Source of the DNA: a bacterium
GTDB lineage: Bacteria > Hinthialibacterota > Hinthialibacteria > Hinthialibacterales > Hinthialibacteraceae
Direction: 5' to 3'
Length of the DNA stretch: 19,375 nt
Assembly (NCBI GenBank): GCA_041946805.1
Contig: JBHGBC010000112.1
Location: forward strand, 1 to 19,375
In this document: in pieces, positions 8,983 through 16,475 of the stretch
Position numbering within the stretch: the stretch's first letter is position 1
Layout: each line of letters begins with the position of its first letter
Position numbers and translations under genes: made by a program
Notes under the pieces: generated by a model
Database searches by the model: none
Told to the model about the DNA's origin: nothing
The model's input: only the letters and a program-made list of their open reading frames with translations

Positions 8983-10606
8983 CCGCACTTCCCGCCGGGC
9001 GGCGGCCTTGATCGTGGTGTTGTGGGTCGTGGCGATTATCGGCACGATCACCATGGTGTTCACGCGGCAGGCGAACCTGGCCTTGAAGGTCAGCCGCAAC
9101 ATCAACGACGGCAACCAGGCCAAGATGCTGGCCGAGGCGGGCATCTACCGCGTGATGGCGGAACTGGTGAAAGACGGACAAACCGGCGGCCCCGACTCGG
9201 ATAAAGATGCCTGGTCATCGAACCCCGAAGCCTTTTCGGACGTTCCATTAGGTAACGGCGTCTACCGCGTGATCCGTCCTGATTCCACCACGGAGGGCGC
9301 CGTGGCCTACGGCGCGGTGGATGAATCGGGCAAGCTGAACATCAACACGGCCACCCGGGACCAGCTTCTCCGGCTCCCCAACGCCACGCCGGAATACATC
9401 GATCCGATCCTCGACTGGCGGGACGAAGACGACACACCCGGAGAATTCGGCGCGGAAATCGACTACTACCAATCCCTGCCGGAACCCTGTCTTCCCAAAA
9501 ACGGCCTCTTCGATTCGGTGGAAGAGCTCCTGCTGGTCAAGGGCATCACGCTGGATCTTTTGTACGGAGAAGACACCAACACGAACGGAATTCTGGATCT
9601 CAACGAAAACGACGGCGACAAGATCTACCCCCTGGACAACAACGATGGAAAGTTGGACCGCGGGTGGTATCCTTTCCTGACGGCGTATTCCTATGACAAA
9701 AACCTTTCCTCCGAAGGGGAGGACCGGGTCAATATCAACACGGCCGACAAGGAAAAACTCACCCAGGAATTCGGGGACGTGCTCACGGAACAGGAAATCG
9801 ACGCCATCATCTCGGTCCGCGGCCAGCAAGAATTCGCCTCAGTGGGCGAACTGCTCAACAAATCGGCCGCCGGCTCCAGCGGCGGCGGCAATACCGGCGG
9901 CGGGGAGGCCACTTCCAACGGGGGGAATCAGAACCGCAACACCCGCGGCGGGAACCGCAACTCCGGCGGCGGCAACAGAGGGAACCGCGGCTTGACCGAT
10001 GAGGGACGCTTCACGTGGGATGAAACCGGCAGCGCCCAAACCCGCGACCGTTCCGCCGGCGGGAATCAATCCGGCAGAGGCCGTCCGGCCAGCAGTTTCA
10101 GCCGGAGCGGAGGTTCGAATTCATCCGGCGGCGGGCGGGGCAACGCCTCCCGGGGCGGCGGATCGGGCCAATCCAATCAAACCAGCCAACCCGCGCCGGG
10201 ATCTTCCAATTCCATCTCGATTTCACGGGACAAACTGAAACAGATCATCGACCGGATCTCCGTGACCGACGAGGAAAAACTGACCGGCCGGATCAACATC
10301 AACACGGCCCCGCGCGAAGTGCTGCGCTGCCTGATCGGCGATAATGAAAACTTGATCGATGACATTCTCGAATACCGGGAATCCAGCAAGGGGCCGTTCA
10401 ACGACATCGGCGGGCTGCTCGATGTGAGCGGCGTCACGGACGAGATCTTTCAGCAGATCGCCAATTCGATCTGCGCCAAATCATGCGTGTTTTCCGCCCG
10501 CTCCACCGGCTATATCCTGAATTCCCGGGCCTATAAAGAAATTTACGCGATCCTGGACCGGGGGATCTCACCCCCCGGGATCCGGGTCTGGAAAGTGACC
10601 CGATGA
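8975..10606 (+). CDS. gspK: Minor pseudopilin GspK, enlarged, 543 aa
   Basis: GGGAGG SD before ATG 8975; leader RRAA|ALIVVLWVV lacking Glu5 as in GspK; QAKMLAEAGI, DESGKLNIN, ILDWRDED, GAEIDYY, KNGLFDSVEELLLVKGI. Confidence 0.9.
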   Translation: MDNRTSRRAAALIVVLWVVAIIGTITMVFTRQANLALKVSRNINDGNQAKMLAEAGIYRVMAELVKDGQTGGPDSDKDAWSSNPEAFSDVPLGNGVYRVIRPDSTTEGAVAYGAVDESGKLNINTATRDQLLRLPNATPEYIDPILDWRDEDDTPGEFGAEIDYYQSLPEPCLPKNGLFDSVEELLLVKGITLDLLYGEDTNTNGILDLNENDGDKIYPLDNNDGKLDRGWYPFLTAYSYDKNLSSEGEDRVNINTADKEKLTQEFGDVLTEQEIDAIISVRGQQEFASVGELLNKSAAGSSGGGNTGGGEATSNGGNQNRNTRGGNRNSGGGNRGNRGLTDEGRFTWDETGSAQTRDRSAGGNQSGRGRPASSFSRSGGSNSSGGGRGNASRGGGSGQSNQTSQPAPGSSNSISISRDKLKQIIDRISVTDEEKLTGRININTAPREVLRCLIGDNENLIDDILEYRESSKGPFNDIGGLLDVSGVTDEIFQQIANSICAKSCVFSARSTGYILNSRAYKEIYAILDRGISPPGIRVWKVTR

Positions 10607-12090
10607 AAATCAAGACACAAGCGAATCACGTGGTGTTCCTCCAGCCGGTGGCCAATCAACTGACCTGGCTGGAAACCAAACGCGACAACCACCGCCTCCT
10701 GGTGTTGAGCGCGGGCGCGCAACCCTTGCGGGATGAAGAAACGGCGGAGGGCGCGGCCCCGGTCTCCAACGCCCTCCTGGAAAACCTCGGCGGCGCGTTG
10801 CCGGCGGTCGCCGCCCGCCTGCAACTGGGCTGGTTCACCCGGTACGAGGTGGTGTTTGTCGCGCCCAGCCACCGGTTGACCGCCCGGTTCATGGACACTC
10901 CCGCTTGTGAGGATGACACCCTCCGGGACTTGGTCTCCTTCGAAGTTTCCGAGGCCTTGCAGATCCCCATCGACGGCATCGCCTGGGATTATTTCGTCTC
11001 CTCGGCCCATGGCGCCGATCCGGAAAAGCACCTGGTATGGATCGCCACCCGCAAAACGTTTTTGGATCAACTGCTGAGCGCCTGGCCGCCGGACGTGCTT
11101 ACTCCTAATCAGGTGACCTCCGATTTCTGGGCCTTTTACGAATACCTCCTGGGCACGGACCCCTACGCCCTGGCGGAACCGGCGGTGCTGGTCGGCCAGG
11201 ACGGGGAACGGGCGGCCATCACCGTGGCCACGCGCCGGGCGATCTATTTGACCCGCTCCGTGCCCCTAACCCGCCCCGCGCGTTTCGACGACGCCAACGG
11301 CATGGAAACGCGGGGACTGGTTTTGGCGCTGGAGATCGAGCGGACCCTCTCCTACGTGGCCGACCGTTTTCCCCCCGGCTCCATCCAAAGCATGGTGGTC
11401 TGCGGCTTCGACGAATGGCCGCTGGACCCGGTCCAAGAGACCGCGGCGCGCAACGGCCTGCGGCTCTCCCGGCTCCGGCTGCCGGATGTCGCCGCGCGCT
11501 TCGAGACCGGAGACGCGGACCTGTCCGCCGCGCATCTGGCCCTTTTGTGCATGGCCCACGGACGGCTGGCTTCGGAGATTCCGGGACCGAATCTGTTGCA
11601 AGTCGAACCGGCGGGCATTTCCTGGGGCAGTTTCATCCCGGAAGCGGCGCTGCCCTCGCGGAAATTCTTGACCACGGCGGGCGGTTTCCTGGTGGTCTTT
11701 TTACTCCTGTGGGCGGGCAAGGGAATGTGGTACCGGCAGGCCGTGGCCGAACGGCTGGAGCGGGGCGTGGATCTCATCAAATTGGCGACCCGGCTGCAAA
11801 AGGAAGAGCAAGGTCTGCGGCAACTGGAGCGGATCCACGTGGATTACGCGGAACTCTTTCTGTTCCTGGCGGAAACGCTCCCCAAGGAAATCCTGGTGAA
11901 ATCGATCAACCTCGACGCCAAAACCGGCGTGGATCTGGTGCTGCTGGGGGGAAACAACCAAAGCGCGGTGGAAATCCAGCAGAAGATCAACGAAAGCCCC
12001 TATTTCAAGGACATGGTGGTGGAACGCGCCGCGTTCGAGAACGACAAACCGGTCATCTACATGAAAGGCAAACTGCGCACCGCGGGATAA
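10603..12090 (+). CDS. gspL: GspL-like assembly-platform protein (PilM-like cytoplasmic domain + TM + PilN-like periplasmic domain), 495 aa
   Basis: LVSFEVSEALQIPIDGIAWDY and LALEIERTLSY resemble PilM/GspL; one TM (FLVVFLLLWAG), coiled coil, LAETLPKEILVKSI, INESPYFKDM; ATGA overlap with gspK. Confidence 0.7.
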   Translation: MKIKTQANHVVFLQPVANQLTWLETKRDNHRLLVLSAGAQPLRDEETAEGAAPVSNALLENLGGALPAVAARLQLGWFTRYEVVFVAPSHRLTARFMDTPACEDDTLRDLVSFEVSEALQIPIDGIAWDYFVSSAHGADPEKHLVWIATRKTFLDQLLSAWPPDVLTPNQVTSDFWAFYEYLLGTDPYALAEPAVLVGQDGERAAITVATRRAIYLTRSVPLTRPARFDDANGMETRGLVLALEIERTLSYVADRFPPGSIQSMVVCGFDEWPLDPVQETAARNGLRLSRLRLPDVAARFETGDADLSAAHLALLCMAHGRLASEIPGPNLLQVEPAGISWGSFIPEAALPSRKFLTTAGGFLVVFLLLWAGKGMWYRQAVAERLERGVDLIKLATRLQKEEQGLRQLERIHVDYAELFLFLAETLPKEILVKSINLDAKTGVDLVLLGGNNQSAVEIQQKINESPYFKDMVVERAAFENDKPVIYMKGKLRTAG

Positions 12091-12102
12091 GAGGAATATG
12101 CC

Positions 12103-12678
12103 ATGGCCATATCGGAACGGGAAAGACGGTTGCTGCTCATTACGGTCCTGGTGGCCGTCCCGGGGATTTTGTACATCCTCTGGTCGTTTTGGTCACAACC
12201 GGTGGATTCCTCCAGCGAATTTTCGGCGGCCACCACCGAGCGCTTCGAGGACCTCTTCGCCAAGATCCGGAACGTCGAGTCGCAAAAAAGCCGCAACCGG
12301 GTGTTGGGGACTAAACTGGGCAATCCCGCGGGATCCTTCATCAAGGACAGCGAAGTGTCCAAGTTCATGGCCGAGATCGAACAGATCGCCGGCCGCTCCG
12401 GCCTCCAGATCAAGAACTGGTCGCCCAGCCTCAACAAGCGGGCCAAGCCGATCCCCACCCTCGAGTTAAAGGTGTCGATCGCGTGCCAATTTGACAAGTT
12501 GATCACGTTTTTGCGGGAACTGCGCGGATCGAAATATTACTGTCAACCCACTTCGCTCAAGGCGGGACTCAAGGATCCCAACCAGCCCGAGCTGGACGTG
12601 TCGCTGACCTTGACCACCTATTTGATTGAATCCCAGCCCGAACCGGCCGGCCCGGTTCCGGCGATTGTGAAGGGGTGA
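12103..12678 (+). CDS. gspM: GspM/PilO-like assembly-platform protein, 191 aa
   Basis: GAGGA SD; ISERERRLLLI + TM helix; IEQIAGRSGLQI and FDKLITFLREL ferredoxin-like motifs. Confidence 0.75.
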   Translation: MAISERERRLLLITVLVAVPGILYILWSFWSQPVDSSSEFSAATTERFEDLFAKIRNVESQKSRNRVLGTKLGNPAGSFIKDSEVSKFMAEIEQIAGRSGLQIKNWSPSLNKRAKPIPTLELKVSIACQFDKLITFLRELRGSKYYCQPTSLKAGLKDPNQPELDVSLTLTTYLIESQPEPAGPVPAIVKG

Positions 12679-13434
12679 ATGATGAAGACCATGCTTTCCA
12701 ACAAGTTCGGACAAATCGCGCGGGCTTACTGGCAGCCGCTGGTGTTGGCCACCCTCCTGTTGCTCATCCTCTCCCAGCTGATTTCCTGGGGCGTGTCGGT
12801 GGCCGAACTGCGCAAGGTGGACCGGTTGATCACCAACACGGCCACGGTCAATCCGGAATCCACGCCCTCCGCGGCTTCGGCTCCACCGGCTCAGCCGGGT
12901 GGCTCCAGGGCTCCTGGCGGTCCGGGCGGCCCGGGCGAACCCGGGAATCCAGGGGGGAGCGAATCCCAGCCGCAACCGGCCAAGAACATTTTCAAACAGG
13001 ATCAGATCAATTACCAACTCACCGCGATCTACCTGAACAAGGCGGTGATCAACGGCCAGGAAGTGGGCGTGGGCGAAAAAGTGGGGGGAAAAGCGACCCT
13101 GCAGGAGATCGGGGTCTCCACCGTGGTGTTGAAGGACGACGACGGCAGCCAGCGGACCTTGAGCATGTTCCAGGGCGAAGGCGGCGGCGGGCCGGGCGGC
13201 GGCCCGGAGGGCGGCGGGCGCTCCCGCCGGGGAGAAGGAGGGTCCCGTCCGGGGATGGTAGATCGTCCACGTTCGGATGTGGAACTGCCGGAAGCGTTAC
13301 GGGCCCGGGGCATATCCCGGGAACAATTGCGCAGCATGCCGCCCGAGGAGCGGCGGCGGTTGATCATGAAGCTTACTCCGAATGTAAAGGTGGAAGGCGT
13401 GCAACCCATTGGACTGAAAATCGAGCCCCGGTAG
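12679..13434 (+). CDS. gspC: GspC-like protein (TM, Pro/Gly linker, HR/PilP-like beta domain, no PDZ), 251 aa
   Basis: N-terminal TM; NIF...YQLTAI...AVING..VGVGEKV...LQEI....VVL resembles the GspC HR domain; lies directly before the secretin. Confidence 0.6.
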   Translation: MMKTMLSNKFGQIARAYWQPLVLATLLLLILSQLISWGVSVAELRKVDRLITNTATVNPESTPSAASAPPAQPGGSRAPGGPGGPGEPGNPGGSESQPQPAKNIFKQDQINYQLTAIYLNKAVINGQEVGVGEKVGGKATLQEIGVSTVVLKDDDGSQRTLSMFQGEGGGGPGGGPEGGGRSRRGEGGSRPGMVDRPRSDVELPEALRARGISREQLRSMPPEERRRLIMKLTPNVKVEGVQPIGLKIEPR

Positions 13435-13539
13435 CAACCTCCCAATCATCAAATGGAATGATATACGCAAAGGACATTGGATAACGAAGAGAAGCGTCTC
13501 GGATCTTTCGGAACGCATAATTTAACACAAGGAAGCAGA

Positions 13540-16374
13540 ATGATGTTTTTCATGCCATCGCGAACCATACACCCGATCCTGCTGGGCGCCGGGATGCTTC
13601 TGGCGTTGGCCGTCACGGCCCCACGGATCCAAGCGGAATCCAGCCCGGCGGCTAATCCGGAAGTCAATCCCCCGGACGCCGGCGGCGCGGCCCCCGCCAC
13701 GAACACGGGCCTGGGCGGCCTCTTCGCCGATTCGCTCAAGAATATGATCCAGAAGGGCACCTTTTTCGTGCCCAATGGCGAATCGGCCAAGCCGGTGCAT
13801 GGTGGCCCCGGCCAGCCGGACCGGTTCAAATTGAATTTCAACAACGCGCCCATCGACCAGGTGTTGAAGTTCCTGAGCGACATGACCAAAAAGGTCGTGC
13901 TGAAAAGCGACGAAGTGCAAGGCCAGTTCACCATCGTGAATCCCAACGAGGTGACCAAGCAGGAGGCGATGCACATCATCGACGCCGCCTTCATGCTCAA
14001 GGGATACACCTTCCTGGAATCCGACCAGATGATCGTGGTCCTTCCGGTCTCGGTGGCCAAACAGAAGGGCGTGGATGTCCGCGTCGGGGCGGAGCAGGAA
14101 GAGCTGGGCACCCGCGTGCAAAGCCGGATCCTCGAGCTGAAATACGCCCGGCCCACGCAGATGCGGGAGGCCCTGTCGCCGCTCATCTCGGAAAACGCCA
14201 GCATCATCGCCGACGACCGCTCCAAAACGCTGGTCATCACGGACACGGGATCGAACATCGACCGCCTGGTGGCCATCATTGAAAGGCTGGACAAGGAGAC
14301 CACGTCCGAGGGCGTGGTCATCCGCGTGTTCCGGCTGCGTTACCTCAATGCCACGGAACTGGCGCGCAGCCTCAACGACATGATCGCCAACATCATCGCC
14401 TCCAAGACCACCGGCGGCGAAACCCGGGACCGGCGTCAGGAAGCCAGCATGACCAGCGAGGTGGTGGCGGACCGGTCGACCAACGCACTGATCATCGCCG
14501 CCCCCGATTTCGCGATCAAAGCCGTCGCGGACTTCATCGAGAAGATGGACGTCAGCTCGATGCAAAACATGGAAACCAAAACCTTCCAGCTGAAGAGCGG
14601 GGACGCCCGCGAAATCGCCCAGGGATTGCAGCAATTCACCCAATCGCGCCGCACCAATTTCTATCAACCGGTGGTGTTCGCCGATTCGCGCACCAACAGC
14701 ATCGTGGTCCACGCCTATCCCGAGGATGTGGCCGCCATCGAGAACGTGCTCAAGCAACTGGACAACCAGGAATCCTACGAACGCATCACCCGCGTCTACA
14801 CGCTCCAGAACGCCGACGCCATCGTGCTCAGCCAAATGCTGAAACAGCTCATCACCGGGCAGGACAGCAGCTACCAGCGTTCCTGGTGGGGCTACGGCCG
14901 CCAGAACGACCAGGACCAGGTCAACATCGTGGAAGACCAGCGGCTCAACGCGTTGATCGTCACCGCCAAGCCGGCCGATTTCGCCATGATCGACAAACTG
15001 GTGCAGGAACTGGACCGCCCCCTGCCGCAGTCCAAGGAAGAGCCGCGCGTCTACCGCATCCAAAACGTGCGGGCCTCGGATGTGGCCTACCTGATCGAGC
15101 AGATCTTTTCCGACGACCAATCCAATAACTTCAACTATTTCTTCGGCTGGGGCAACCAGCAGCAGGCCCTCACCGGCCTCAGCGGCAAGGTGAAGACCAT
15201 CGCCGATACCACCACCAATTCGCTCATCGTCATCGCCGCCAGCCCCCGGGCCTTCGAGGTGGTGGAAAAACTGATCGAGAAACTGGACCGCCTGGCCCCG
15301 GAATTCGGGACCACCAAGGTTTTCCCCCTCAAAAACGCCAGCGCCGCCTATCTCGGGGCCCAGCTGAACGCGCTGTTCCAGGAAGATCCGTCCCGCGCCG
15401 GCAACCGGGGTTTCTTCTGGTACATGAACCAGCAAGGCAACCGGGACGAGCAGATCAGTCAAATGATCGGCAACGTCCGCATCGTTTCCGAAACGCGGAC
15501 CAATTCGCTGATGGTCACCACCAGCTCGCAATACTTCGACGCCATCGAAAAATTGATCAATGACCTCGACCGGGAAATTTCCCAGGTGCTCATCGAAGTG
15601 CTGATCATCGAACTCATTGACGTCCAAGATGACCAGTATGGGATCAACTGGCCGGACAACATCCCCGTGACGGTGGAAGCCTCCCTGGAAGCCCCGGGCA
15701 ATGACATCGGCCTGGACCGCGCCACCATCCTTTCCCGGGCCACTTTCAACGCCGCCCTCGACATGCTGCAATCCGACAGCAAAACCAATGTCCTGGCGCG
15801 CCCCAACATCCTCACCGGCGACAACCAGGGGGCGTTCGTGGAAGTGATCAACGAAGTACCCATCCTGGGCCAGATCTCCCAGGGCAACGTCACCACCAAC
15901 CAGCAGATCGATTACCGGGAGGTGGGATTGAAACTCAATGTGACTCCGCACATCAACGACGCCACCACGGTCACCATTGACGTGGACCTGGAATCCGGCC
16001 AAGTGCTGGACCAGTTCGCCCTGGTCACTCCCGCCGGCAAATCCCCCGCCTTTTCGCGCCGCACGGTGACCACCCGCCTGACGTTGAAACATGAGGAGAC
16101 GGCGGTCTTGTCCGGCGTGATCGACACCAGCTTCACGGAAAGCAACCGGGGCATCCCGGGCTTGATGAAAATCCCCGTGCTGGGCAGCCTCTTCAAGACG
16201 CGGGGCAAGAACCAGTCGAAAACCGAGTTGTTGACCTTCATCACGCCCTACATTCTCGCCGATCAAAACGATCGCCTGGCGGTTTTCGACCGCCACAAGG
16301 CGCGCATCGAGCGGTACGAAAAGTTCCGCAACATCATGAAAGATGTGGATGTCCGGGCGGGAGTAAATCAATAA
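13540..16374 (+). CDS. gspD: Outer-membrane secretin (GspD family) with N0 and six N-domain repeats, 944 aa
   Basis: AAGGAAG SD before ATG 13540; Sec signal ending IQA; N0 LNFNNAPIDQV; repeated AD.RTN.L.V units; secretin domain QVLIEVLIIE, VLARPNILTGDNQ, YREVGLKLNVTPHIN, GIPGLMKIPVLGSLFK, TELLTFITPYI. Confidence 0.95.
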   Translation: MMFFMPSRTIHPILLGAGMLLALAVTAPRIQAESSPAANPEVNPPDAGGAAPATNTGLGGLFADSLKNMIQKGTFFVPNGESAKPVHGGPGQPDRFKLNFNNAPIDQVLKFLSDMTKKVVLKSDEVQGQFTIVNPNEVTKQEAMHIIDAAFMLKGYTFLESDQMIVVLPVSVAKQKGVDVRVGAEQEELGTRVQSRILELKYARPTQMREALSPLISENASIIADDRSKTLVITDTGSNIDRLVAIIERLDKETTSEGVVIRVFRLRYLNATELARSLNDMIANIIASKTTGGETRDRRQEASMTSEVVADRSTNALIIAAPDFAIKAVADFIEKMDVSSMQNMETKTFQLKSGDAREIAQGLQQFTQSRRTNFYQPVVFADSRTNSIVVHAYPEDVAAIENVLKQLDNQESYERITRVYTLQNADAIVLSQMLKQLITGQDSSYQRSWWGYGRQNDQDQVNIVEDQRLNALIVTAKPADFAMIDKLVQELDRPLPQSKEEPRVYRIQNVRASDVAYLIEQIFSDDQSNNFNYFFGWGNQQQALTGLSGKVKTIADTTTNSLIVIAASPRAFEVVEKLIEKLDRLAPEFGTTKVFPLKNASAAYLGAQLNALFQEDPSRAGNRGFFWYMNQQGNRDEQISQMIGNVRIVSETRTNSLMVTTSSQYFDAIEKLINDLDREISQVLIEVLIIELIDVQDDQYGINWPDNIPVTVEASLEAPGNDIGLDRATILSRATFNAALDMLQSDSKTNVLARPNILTGDNQGAFVEVINEVPILGQISQGNVTTNQQIDYREVGLKLNVTPHINDATTVTIDVDLESGQVLDQFALVTPAGKSPAFSRRTVTTRLTLKHEETAVLSGVIDTSFTESNRGIPGLMKIPVLGSLFKTRGKNQSKTELLTFITPYILADQNDRLAVFDRHKARIERYEKFRNIMKDVDVRAGVNQ

Positions 16375-16475
16375 TCAAACCCTGGAACGGACCGCCACTT
16401 TTTCCCATGAACTCGGCCGCCTTTCCACCTGTCAGCGGGAACTGGGATTCTATGCCCGGGATACATTGTTTCATC

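Noticed and set aside
13522..16371. 949-aa antisense ORF opposite gspD (also 4351-5991 opposite gspE and 6703-8040)
   Set aside because: Mirror-frame ORFs expected from strong GC3 codon bias; no motifs, and the sense strand encodes clear conserved proteins.
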